Shown: positions 20,425 to 29,302 of the stretch, in pieces | Layout: each line of letters starts with the position of its first letter | Numbering within the stretch: the first letter of the stretch is position 1 | Source of the DNA: Escherichia coli | Lineage (GTDB): Bacteria > Pseudomonadota > Gammaproteobacteria > Enterobacterales > Enterobacteriaceae | Reading direction: 5' to 3' (one strand) | NCBI RefSeq assembly: GCF_003018115.1 | Contig: NZ_CP027457.1 | DNA: 64,000 nucleotides | Translations under genes and position numbers: made by a program | Notes under the pieces: model-generated | The model's database searches: none | What the model saw: the letters and a program-made list of their open reading frames with translations, nothing else | Told to the model about the DNA's origin: nothing

Positions 20425-21726
20425 ATGATAATCACGGAGCAGAATATGCCGGAAGAGAAACTACAGACGCTTTCATTGCAGGTCATTAACGGCAGTGAGC
20501 TGGAAAGCGGGCGGGCGGCGCGCTGTCTGTTCACACAGCAGGGAAATGTCGGCCATGGCCCCGAATGCCACTGGTCGGTACAGGATCGTCAGCAGAGCAT
20601 TCCGGCCCAGGCTTTTACCGTTATCCTGCACGATGGCACATTTTGTCTACGCCCGCAGACGGCACAACTGTGGCTGAATCAGGCAAAAGTCACAGCAACA
20701 TCAGACCTGATACAGTTGCGCCAGGGCGATGAGATCCAGATCGGACGGCTGATGGTGAGGGTTCATCTGAACCGGGGAGATATTCCCCATTACGATGAGG
20801 AAATGGCCACTCCCGAAACCATCGTTACCAATCGCGATATGCTCACGGATACCCTGCTATCAACGGAGGGTGCGCCACACTATCCGGGAATGACTCACCG
20901 GCACCAGCTTGCAGACACCGTGGTAAACGGTTTTTCTGCCGATCCACTCCAGGCACTTCAGTCCGAAAGCCTGATTACCACGGGCGATCCGCTTTCAGGC
21001 ATTGCGGCTGTCCGGCCATCGGCACCGCTGTCCGATCCGGCAAGTAATGGGGGGATCAATACTCCGTTTATGGATCTGCCGCCCATTTATGCCAGCCCCG
21101 GCGATCGTAATGACGACGTCTCTGCGGCAGAAATGGCGCAACGCCACCTTGCGGTCACCCCCTTACTGCGCGGTCTTGGCGGCTCGCTTACCATGAGCAA
21201 TTCCGACGATGCGGATGATTTTCTGGAGGAGGCCGGACGAACGTTACAGGCCGCAATAAAAGGTCTGCTCGATTTGCAGCAGCAGCGTAACAGCCTCTCA
21301 GACAAACATTTGCGCCCGCTGGAAGATAACCCGCTGCGCCTGAACATGGATTACGCCACCGCGCTCGACGTGATGTTTGCCGAAGGTAAAAGCCCGGTAC
21401 ATCTGGCGGCTCCCGCCGCCGTCAGTGAAAGCCTGCGCAATGTCCGCCACCACGAAGAAGCTAACCGGGCAGCAATTGTGGAGTCGCTTCGTGTCCTGCT
21501 GGATGCTTTCTCACCACAAAATCTGCTGCGCCGCTTTGTGCAGTACCGCCGCAGCCATGAACTGCGCCAGCCGCTGGATGATGCCGGAGCATGGCAAATG
21601 TACAGCCATTATTACGAAGAACTGGCCTCCGATCGCCAGCAGGGGTTTGAGATGCTGTTTAACGAGGTCTACGCCCAGGTCTATGACCGGGTGCTTCGTG
21701 AAAAACAGCGGGAGCCGGAAGCATGA
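20425..21726 (+). CDS. tagH: FHA-domain protein TagH (Fha, VasC)
   Basis: 433-aa ORF with N-terminal FHA-like region (HWSVQDRQQSIPAQAFTVILHDGTFCLRP). Confidence 0.85.
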   Translation: MIITEQNMPEEKLQTLSLQVINGSELESGRAARCLFTQQGNVGHGPECHWSVQDRQQSIPAQAFTVILHDGTFCLRPQTAQLWLNQAKVTATSDLIQLRQGDEIQIGRLMVRVHLNRGDIPHYDEEMATPETIVTNRDMLTDTLLSTEGAPHYPGMTHRHQLADTVVNGFSADPLQALQSESLITTGDPLSGIAAVRPSAPLSDPASNGGINTPFMDLPPIYASPGDRNDDVSAAEMAQRHLAVTPLLRGLGGSLTMSNSDDADDFLEEAGRTLQAAIKGLLDLQQQRNSLSDKHLRPLEDNPLRLNMDYATALDVMFAEGKSPVHLAAPAAVSESLRNVRHHEEANRAAIVESLRVLLDAFSPQNLLRRFVQYRRSHELRQPLDDAGAWQMYSHYYEELASDRQQGFEMLFNEVYAQVYDRVLREKQREPEA

Positions 21727-22247
21727 ACAGGAAGGCGTTTCTGGCCTGCGTGCTGATGTGCGTCATATTAACCGGCTGCGAAACGGCGAAAAAAATCAGC
21801 GAGGTGATCAAAAACCCGGATATCCAGGTCGGGAGCCTGAAGGAGCAACCTTCGGAAATAACCGTCACCCTGCTGACTGAACCGGACACCAATACCAATG
21901 CGGAGGGTGAATCAGCCGCCGTGGATGTGCAACTGGTGTACCTGACTGACGACTCAAAATTGCAGGCAGCCGACTATGACCAGATAGCCAGTACGCCGCT
22001 ACCGGATGTGCTGGGTAAAAACTATATCGACCACCAGGATTTCAACCTGTTGCCGGACACCATCAAAACCCTGCCGCCGATAAAGCTGGATGAGAAAACG
22101 CAGTTTATTGGTGTCGTGGCCTATTTCTCCGATGACCAGGCCACTGAATGGAAACAAATCGAGACGGTGGAAGGAACCGGCCACCATTACCGCCTGCTGG
22201 TGCATGTACGTCAAAGCAGCATCGAAATGAAAAAAGAGGATGAATAA
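21723..22247 (+). CDS. tssJ: T6SS outer-membrane lipoprotein TssJ (VasD)
   Basis: 174-aa ORF with lipobox LTGC; start overlaps the tagH stop. Confidence 0.88.
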   Translation: MNRKAFLACVLMCVILTGCETAKKISEVIKNPDIQVGSLKEQPSEITVTLLTEPDTNTNAEGESAAVDVQLVYLTDDSKLQAADYDQIASTPLPDVLGKNYIDHQDFNLLPDTIKTLPPIKLDEKTQFIGVVAYFSDDQATEWKQIETVEGTGHHYRLLVHVRQSSIEMKKEDE

Positions 22248-22249
22248 TT

Positions 22250-23581
22250 ATGGCAACCACCCGCAATAAGGTGATGTGGCAGGAAGGGATGCTGATGCGC
22301 CCACACCATTTCCAGCAACAGCAGCGTTACAACGACTACCTGGATAACCAGCGTTTCCGGGCCATGAATGATTTATCCTGGGGATTTACCGAACTCACCC
22401 TCAACAATGAACTGCTGGCGCAGGGTAAGATCATGATTGACAGCGCGTCAGGCACACTGCCTGACGGCACCGTCTTTTCTATCCCCGACCAGGACGCACT
22501 GCCCGATCCGCTGCACCCGCAAAATTTTCCGGACGAAAGAAGCCGCAATATTTACCTCGCTCTGCCGGTCGCCAGTGATGTGAGAAATGAAATCAGCGAC
22601 GGGCGGCGAATCGGGCGTTACCGGCTGAATTATGCCGATGTCCGGGATCTGCATTCAGAAGAAGGCGACGCGCGAACACTGACGCTGGGACAACTGACGC
22701 CGCGCATTATGAGCGGTGCAGAAGATATGAGTGCCTATATTACGCTCCCGCTTTGCCGTATCAGCGATCGCCATGCCGACGGCTCCCTGACGCTGGATGA
22801 CGATTTTATCCCCTCCTGCCAGAATATTCAGGTCAGTAAGAAACTGCGTGTTTATCTCAAAGAGGTACAGGGGGCCATTGGCGGACGGGCAAGCGATCTG
22901 GCAAACCGTATTGGCTCTCCGGCGCAGAGCGGCATCGCGGATGTGGCGGAATTTATGATGTTGCAGTTGCTTAACCGTAACCAGACCCGGTTTACCCATC
23001 GCGCCCGCCGATCCCAGCTCCACCCGGAAGATTTCTACCTTGATCTTGCCGGGTTGCTGGGTGAACTGATGACCTTTACAGAGCCGTCACGCCTGCCCTG
23101 CCCGCTTGATGTGTATGATCATCATGACCTGACCAAAACATTTAAAACACTGTTACCGGAAGTCAAACGGGCGCTGCATACCGTACTGTCGCCAAGAGCG
23201 GTCAATCTGCCGCTGCATCTGCGTGACGGCATCTGGCAGGCCGATGTTCATGACTCGGAACTGCTACAGTCTGCCACCTTTGTACTGGCCGTGGCAGCAA
23301 ATATGCCTGTCGATCAGATCCAGCGTCAGTTTATCCAGCAGTCGAAAATTTCCTCGCCGGAAAAAATCCGCAATATGGTCAGTGTGCAGATCCCGGGTAT
23401 TCCTCTGCGCGCACTGATGGTGGCCCCCCGCCAGCTTCCCTACCATTCCGGGTTCAGCTATTTCGAACTCGACAAGAGCGGCCAGACCTGGACAGAAATG
23501 GCTGCCGCCGGGGCCGTTGCACTGCATGTATCCGGCAGTTTCCCGGATCTGAACATGCAACTGTGGGCGATAAGAGGGTAA
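22250..23581 (+). CDS. tssK: T6SS baseplate protein TssK (VasE)
   Basis: 443-aa ORF; conserved N-terminus (VMWQEGMLMRPHHFQQQ). Confidence 0.9.
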   Translation: MATTRNKVMWQEGMLMRPHHFQQQQRYNDYLDNQRFRAMNDLSWGFTELTLNNELLAQGKIMIDSASGTLPDGTVFSIPDQDALPDPLHPQNFPDERSRNIYLALPVASDVRNEISDGRRIGRYRLNYADVRDLHSEEGDARTLTLGQLTPRIMSGAEDMSAYITLPLCRISDRHADGSLTLDDDFIPSCQNIQVSKKLRVYLKEVQGAIGGRASDLANRIGSPAQSGIADVAEFMMLQLLNRNQTRFTHRARRSQLHPEDFYLDLAGLLGELMTFTEPSRLPCPLDVYDHHDLTKTFKTLLPEVKRALHTVLSPRAVNLPLHLRDGIWQADVHDSELLQSATFVLAVAANMPVDQIQRQFIQQSKISSPEKIRNMVSVQIPGIPLRALMVAPRQLPYHSGFSYFELDKSGQTWTEMAAAGAVALHVSGSFPDLNMQLWAIRG

Positions 23582-23585
23582 GACG

Positions 23586-24347
23586 ATGGATGAGGGGTCA
23601 CTGTCTCTGCCACCATTTACCGGATACGACGAAAAAAGCCTGCGCGACTACCATCTCGCGCTTCGTGGCAACAGCCTGAATCCGATGATCGACGCGGCGA
23701 CGCCGCTACTCGGTATGGTAATGCGCCTTTCCACCATGAACAGCCAGACGATGCCGGAGCATCTTTTTGCTCAGGTGGTGACAGATGTTCAGGCCGTGGA
23801 GCAACTGCTTCAGGAACAGGGCTACGAACCGGGCGTGATTATCTCGTTTCGCTACATCCTCTGCACGTTTATTGATGAAGCGGCGCTCGGTAACGGCTGG
23901 TCGAACAAGAACGAGTGGATCAAGCAGTCATTGCTGGTCCATTTCCACAACGAAGCCTGGGGTGGCGAGAAAGTTTTCATCCTGCTGGAGCGCCTGATCC
24001 GTGAACCCAAACGTTACCAGGATCTGCTGGAATTTCTCTGGCTCTGTTTTTCTCTGGGATTTCGCGGGCGCTACAAAGTGGCAGTACAGGATCAGGGGGA
24101 ATTTGAGCAGATCTACCGCCGTCTGTACCACGTTCTGCATAAACTGCGCGGCGATGCCCCTTTCCCGCTGTTACACCAGGACAAAAAAACCCAGGGCGGG
24201 CGTTATCAGCTCATCAGTCGCCTGACTGTTAAACATATTTTTTGTGGTGGCGTTGTCGTGCTGGCGTTGTTTTACCTGTTCTATCTGTTGCGGCTGGACA
24301 GCCAGACGCAGGACATCCTGCACCAGCTAAACAAATTACTTCGATAA
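23586..24347 (+). CDS. tssL: T6SS membrane-complex protein TssL (DotU-like, VasF), no OmpA extension
   Basis: 253-aa ORF with a single C-terminal transmembrane helix (IFCGGVVVLALFYLFYLL). Confidence 0.88.
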   Translation: MDEGSLSLPPFTGYDEKSLRDYHLALRGNSLNPMIDAATPLLGMVMRLSTMNSQTMPEHLFAQVVTDVQAVEQLLQEQGYEPGVIISFRYILCTFIDEAALGNGWSNKNEWIKQSLLVHFHNEAWGGEKVFILLERLIREPKRYQDLLEFLWLCFSLGFRGRYKVAVQDQGEFEQIYRRLYHVLHKLRGDAPFPLLHQDKKTQGGRYQLISRLTVKHIFCGGVVVLALFYLFYLLRLDSQTQDILHQLNKLLR

Positions 24348-24355
24348 GGACGTTT

Positions 24356-27127
24356 ATGATCCAGATTGATCTTCCCACGCTGGTAAAACGGCTGAACCTG
24401 TTCTCCCGCCAGGCGCTGGAGATGGCCGCCTCTGAATGTATGAGTCAGCAGGCTGCGGAAATTACCGTCAGCCATGTGCTTATTCAGATGCTCGCCATGC
24501 CACGCAGTGACCTGCGGGTTATTACCCGCCAGGGCGATATTGGCATGGAAGAGTTGCGCCAGGCGTTGACGGTAGAGAACTACACAACCGCCCGTTCTGC
24601 GGACAGCTACCCGGCGTTTTCCCCGATGCTGGTTGAGTGGCTTAAAGAGGGCTGGCTGCTGGCGTCGGCTGAGATGCAGCACAGCGAACTGCGCGGCGGC
24701 GTGTTGCTGCTGGCCTTGCTGCATTCGCCGCTGCGTTATATACCGCCTGCTGCCGCCCGGCTGTTGACCGGCATTAACCGTGACCGTCTGCAACAGGACT
24801 TTGTGCAGTGGACACAGGAGTCGGCGGAATCAGTCGTGCCGGATGCAGACGGTAAAGGCGCAGGCACACTGACGGACGGCTCTGACACCCTGCTTGCCCG
24901 CTACGCCAAAAACATGACCGCAGACGCCCGTAACGGCAGGCTAGACCCGGTACTGTGCCGCGACCACGAAATCGACCTGATGATCGACATTCTCTGCCGC
25001 CGCCGTAAAAACAACCCGGTGGTGGTGGGCGAAGCAGGCGTGGGTAAAAGCGCGCTGATTGAAGGGCTGGCGCTGCGCATCGTGGCAGGCCAGGTGCCGG
25101 ACAAACTGAAAAACACCGATATCATGACCCTTGACCTGGGCGCATTGCAGGCCGGGGCATCGGTGAAGGGTGAGTTTGAAAAACGCTTCAAGGGGCTGAT
25201 GGCGGAGGTCATTTCCTCTCCGGTGCCGGTCATTCTGTTTATCGACGAAGCGCATACCCTGATTGGCGCGGGCAACCAGCAGGGCGGGCTGGATATCTCC
25301 AACCTGCTGAAACCGGCGCTGGCGCGTGGCGAACTGAAAACCATCGCCGCCACCACCTGGAGCGAGTACAAAAAATACTTCGAGAAAGACGCCGCCCTGT
25401 CGCGCCGCTTCCAGTTAGTGAAGGTCAGCGAACCCAACGCTGCCGAAGCCACCATTATTCTGCGTGGTCTGTCGGCGGTCTATGAACGGTCTCACGGCGT
25501 GCTGATTGACGATGATGCCTTGCAGGCCGCAGCAACGCTGAGCGAACGTTATCTCTCCGGGCGTCAGTTACCGGACAAAGCGATTGATGTGCTGGATACC
25601 GCCTGCGCCCGTGTGGCCATCAACCTGTCGTCGCCGCCGAAGCAAATCTCGGCGCTGACCACTCTGAGCCACCAGCAGGAGGCGGAAATTCGCCAGCTTG
25701 AGCGCGAGCTTCGCATCGGACTGCGTACCGACACATCACGGATGACCGAGGTGCTGGTGCAGTATGATGAAACGCTGACGGCGCTGGATGAACTGGAAGC
25801 GGCCTGGCACCAGCAGCAGACGCTGGTCCGGGAGATTATCGCGCTGCGCCAGCAGTTACTGGGCGTGGCAGAGGACGATGCGGCGCCGTTGCCGGACGCA
25901 GATACCGTGGAGGATACGCAGCCAGAGTCAGAGTCAGAGTCAGAACAGGATAATACCGGTGCCGTACCGGCTGATGAGGCCGACAGAGAACAGCCGGAAG
26001 AGACCGCTGAAACAGTTTCCCCGGTACAGCGGCTGGCCCAGCTCACTGCCGAACTGGACGCCCTGCATAACGACCGGTTGCTGGTCTCCCCGCACGTCGA
26101 TAAAAAACAGATTGCGGCGGTGATTGCCGAATGGACCGGCGTGCCGCTCAACCGCCTGTCGCAGAATGAAATGTCGGTCATCACCGACCTGCCGAAATGG
26201 CTGGGCGACACCATCAAAGGCCAGGACCTGGCGATTGCCAGCCTGCATAAGTATCTACTGACCGCACGCGCCGACCTGCGTCGTCCGGGACGCCCGCTCG
26301 GTGCGTTCCTGCTGGCTGGCCCCAGCGGTGTGGGTAAAACCGAAACCGTCCTGCAACTGGCAGAGCTGCTCTACGGCGGTCGCCAGTACCTGACCACCAT
26401 CAATATGTCCGAATTCCAGGAGAAACACACCGTCTCGCGGCTGATTGGTTCGCCTCCGGGCTACGTTGGCTACGGTGAAGGCGGCGTACTGACCGAAGCG
26501 ATTCGCCAGAAACCCTACTCGGTAGTACTGCTCGATGAAGTGGAAAAAGCGCACCCGGATGTGCTCAACCTGTTCTACCAGGCGTTCGATAAGGGCGAAA
26601 TGGCAGACGGTGAAGGCCGCCTGATTGACTGCAAAAATATCGTCTTCTTCCTGACGTCCAACCTCGGCTACCAGGTAATAGTCGAGCATGCCGATGACCC
26701 GGAAACCATGCAGGAAGTACTGTATCCGGTGCTGGCCGACTTCTTCAAACCTGCCCTGCTGGCGCGTATGGAAGTGGTGCCGTATCTGCCGCTGTCGAAA
26801 GAGACGCTCGCCACCATTATCGCCGGGAAACTGGCCCGTCTGGATAACGTGCTGCGCAGTCGCTTTGGTGCAGAAGTGGCCATTGAACCGGAAGTGACGG
26901 ACGAAATCATGAGCCGCGTCACCCGCGCGGAAAACGGCGCGAGGATGCTGGAATCGGTCATCGATGGCGACATGCTACCGCCGCTCTCGCTGCAGCTGTT
27001 GCAGAAAATGGCGGCTAACACGGCGATTGCCCGGATTCGGTTGTCGGCAGTGGACGGCGCATTTACGGCAGACGTGGAAGATGCTCAGAACGACGAGTCC
27101 GTCACAAAGGATGAAACGGTTTTATGA
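24356..27127 (+). CDS. clpV: T6SS AAA+ ATPase ClpV (TssH, VasG)
   Basis: ORF 24242..27127; start taken at MIQIDLPTLVKRLN (24356); two Walker A motifs (GEAGVGKSA, GPSGVGKTE). Confidence 0.93.
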   Translation: MIQIDLPTLVKRLNLFSRQALEMAASECMSQQAAEITVSHVLIQMLAMPRSDLRVITRQGDIGMEELRQALTVENYTTARSADSYPAFSPMLVEWLKEGWLLASAEMQHSELRGGVLLLALLHSPLRYIPPAAARLLTGINRDRLQQDFVQWTQESAESVVPDADGKGAGTLTDGSDTLLARYAKNMTADARNGRLDPVLCRDHEIDLMIDILCRRRKNNPVVVGEAGVGKSALIEGLALRIVAGQVPDKLKNTDIMTLDLGALQAGASVKGEFEKRFKGLMAEVISSPVPVILFIDEAHTLIGAGNQQGGLDISNLLKPALARGELKTIAATTWSEYKKYFEKDAALSRRFQLVKVSEPNAAEATIILRGLSAVYERSHGVLIDDDALQAAATLSERYLSGRQLPDKAIDVLDTACARVAINLSSPPKQISALTTLSHQQEAEIRQLERELRIGLRTDTSRMTEVLVQYDETLTALDELEAAWHQQQTLVREIIALRQQLLGVAEDDAAPLPDADTVEDTQPESESESEQDNTGAVPADEADREQPEETAETVSPVQRLAQLTAELDALHNDRLLVSPHVDKKQIAAVIAEWTGVPLNRLSQNEMSVITDLPKWLGDTIKGQDLAIASLHKYLLTARADLRRPGRPLGAFLLAGPSGVGKTETVLQLAELLYGGRQYLTTINMSEFQEKHTVSRLIGSPPGYVGYGEGGVLTEAIRQKPYSVVLLDEVEKAHPDVLNLFYQAFDKGEMADGEGRLIDCKNIVFFLTSNLGYQVIVEHADDPETMQEVLYPVLADFFKPALLARMEVVPYLPLSKETLATIIAGKLARLDNVLRSRFGAEVAIEPEVTDEIMSRVTRAENGARMLESVIDGDMLPPLSLQLLQKMAANTAIARIRLSAVDGAFTADVEDAQNDESVTKDETVL

Positions 27128-27867
27128 GCAGGTTGCGCGTTTTCCGGCAGACAGGATGGTTTATCGCGGGCCTGATGACGGGCTTACCCGCCACTGCCGC
27201 GCCCGCAGAAGCATCGTCAATGGCCAGTGTGGCGGTCGCCGTCGCCACCACGACCCCGCCGGATGCGACAGCCACGTTACAGGCCATGCAGTCCTGTCGG
27301 CGGGAGTCCGCGGCGCTGGAGCGGCTTGACTGCTATGACCGCCTGCTGGCACCGCTGTCCCCGTCAGGGTTTGACGGGGCGCTGGTCAAAGCCGGTTTTG
27401 TGGGCGAGGCCTGGACCCGCGCCACAGAGCAGGAAAAACGCCGCGAGGGCAACACCACAGAACTGCTGGTGACGCAGGTGCCGGGGGAGCGCCCGACGGT
27501 GGTGATAACCACCCCGGCTATCGGCCATGTTCCGCCGCGCCCGGTGCTGATGTTCAGTTGCGTGGACAATATCACCCGGATGCAGGTGGCGCTGATGCAC
27601 CCTCTGGATGTCCATGATATCGCCGTCACTCTGAATGCCGACAGCCGGGCATTGCGCAGCCACTGGTTTGTGCGCGAGAACGGCACCCTGCTGGAGTCCA
27701 GCCGGGGGCTGTCCGGGATTGATGAAATTAAGCAACTGTTCGGCGCAAAAACGCTGACAGTGGATACCGGCGCAGATAACGCCGCAGGAAAGCTGACCTT
27801 TAACATTGACGGGCTGGCAAGGGCGATTGCCCCCCTGCGCGATGCCTGCCACTGGGCGGGAGAATAA
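27124..27867 (+). CDS. T6SS-associated secreted protein, VasI-like
   Basis: 247-aa ORF with N-terminal signal peptide; ATGA overlap with the clpV stop; position equivalent to vasI in the V. cholerae gene order. Confidence 0.6.
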   Translation: MSRLRVFRQTGWFIAGLMTGLPATAAPAEASSMASVAVAVATTTPPDATATLQAMQSCRRESAALERLDCYDRLLAPLSPSGFDGALVKAGFVGEAWTRATEQEKRREGNTTELLVTQVPGERPTVVITTPAIGHVPPRPVLMFSCVDNITRMQVALMHPLDVHDIAVTLNADSRALRSHWFVRENGTLLESSRGLSGIDEIKQLFGAKTLTVDTGADNAAGKLTFNIDGLARAIAPLRDACHWAGE

Positions 27868-27871
27868 AAAT

Positions 27872-29284
27872 ATGGCAATGGACTTACGCGATCCGAATGT
27901 CTGGATATCGCACCTGCTGGAAAACCTGCCAGAAGAAAAACTGGCATCGGCGCTGAAAGATGACAACCCGAACTGGGAGTATATCGACGGCGAAATCGTC
28001 AAACTGGGATCTCTGGCCCACAGTCAACTGGATATCCCGGAACTCCAGCGCCGGGGGCTGGTCATTCTGGCTTCGGAGAGTAAGGACTTTCGTCTGCTGG
28101 CGCATCTGCTGAGAACCCTGCAACACGCCGGTGATCCTCATCTCGCATTGCGCCTGCTGGCGCTGTATGTGGAGCATTACTGGTCGGTGGCTGCGCCGCA
28201 GAATATGGCACATAAAAAACGCTTTGCCAGCCAGGTCATTAAACGCTTTGAAACAGGTATTGAAGGCTTTTCACAGAACGCCGCCACAGCGCAGCGCGAC
28301 GCGCTGTCAGGGGAACTGGCGAAACTGGCGCAGTGCTGGCAGTCACATAACGCCCCGGAACTGGCACTGGCTACCGATGATCTTTTTGCCCTGTACCAGC
28401 GTGCGTTTAATCGTGCGGCACCGGCTCCTGCCCCCACTCCGGCGGCCTCCGATAGTTCACCACAGACCACCGCCACGTCTGAAAGCGGCGTGACGCAACC
28501 CAGTGCTCCGACTCCCCAAATCGCCATCGACAGTCACGACGACAAAGCCTGGCGCGACACGCTGTTAAAAGTGGCGGCTATTTTATGTGAACGCCAGCCG
28601 GACTCGCCGCAGGGCTATCGCCTGCGCCGCCATGCCCTGTGGCAATCCATCACCAGTACACCCCAGGCGGAAAGCGATGGACGTACCCCATTGGCTGCGG
28701 TCTCTGCCGATATGGTGGCGGATTACCAGTCCCGGCTTGCCAGCGCGGATATGGCGCTGTGGCAGCAGGTTGAGAAAAGCGTATTGCTGGCTCCTTACTG
28801 GCTGGACGGTCACTGTCTTTCTGCACAGACGGCACTGCGTCTGGGTTACAAACAGGTGGCAGACACCATCCGCGATGAGGTCATCCGCTTCCTTGAGCGT
28901 CTGCCCCAGCTTACCGGGCTGCTGTTTAATGACCGCACACCGTTTCTCAGTGAGCAGACGAAACAATGGCTGGCTGCTTCGCCCGACGGCAAAGTTGCAC
29001 CGGTTGCGCAAATCGGTGAGGAATCGCAGGCAGCCAGAGCCTGTTTTGCTGGGCAGGGTCTGGAGGCGGCGCTGCGATATCTGGACATGCTACCCGAAGG
29101 CGATCCCCGCGATCAGTTTCACCGCCAGTACCTTGCCGCACAGTTGACGGAGGAGGCGGGGCTGATACAGCTTGCGCAGCAACAGTACCGGATGTTGTTG
29201 ATGATAGGGAGTCAGATGATGGTGTCTGACTGGGAGCCATCATTACTTACGCAGCTTGAACAAAAATTCACGGCAGAACAATAA
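27872..29284 (+). CDS. tssA: T6SS protein TssA (ImpA N-terminal domain, VasJ)
   Basis: ORF 27806..29284; start taken at MAMDLRDPNVW (27872); ImpA_N-like N-terminal region. Confidence 0.85.
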   Translation: MAMDLRDPNVWISHLLENLPEEKLASALKDDNPNWEYIDGEIVKLGSLAHSQLDIPELQRRGLVILASESKDFRLLAHLLRTLQHAGDPHLALRLLALYVEHYWSVAAPQNMAHKKRFASQVIKRFETGIEGFSQNAATAQRDALSGELAKLAQCWQSHNAPELALATDDLFALYQRAFNRAAPAPAPTPAASDSSPQTTATSESGVTQPSAPTPQIAIDSHDDKAWRDTLLKVAAILCERQPDSPQGYRLRRHALWQSITSTPQAESDGRTPLAAVSADMVADYQSRLASADMALWQQVEKSVLLAPYWLDGHCLSAQTALRLGYKQVADTIRDEVIRFLERLPQLTGLLFNDRTPFLSEQTKQWLAASPDGKVAPVAQIGEESQAARACFAGQGLEAALRYLDMLPEGDPRDQFHRQYLAAQLTEEAGLIQLAQQQYRMLLMIGSQMMVSDWEPSLLTQLEQKFTAEQ

Positions 29285-29302
29285 AAGAGAACAGGAGTTT
29301 TT

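Noticed and set aside
25924-25942. Tandem hexanucleotide repeat (AGAGTC x3) inside clpV
   Set aside because: In-frame, encodes an ESESESE acidic linker between the two AAA+ modules; too short and not intergenic, so not a CRISPR array or an obvious phase-variation tract.
24281-27947. Antisense ORFs across clpV, vasI and tssA (e.g. 24281..24793, 25564..26217, 27333..27947, 27364..28002)
   Set aside because: All are antisense to strongly supported T6SS genes in GC-rich DNA; translations are Ser/Arg/Ala-rich low-complexity sequences.
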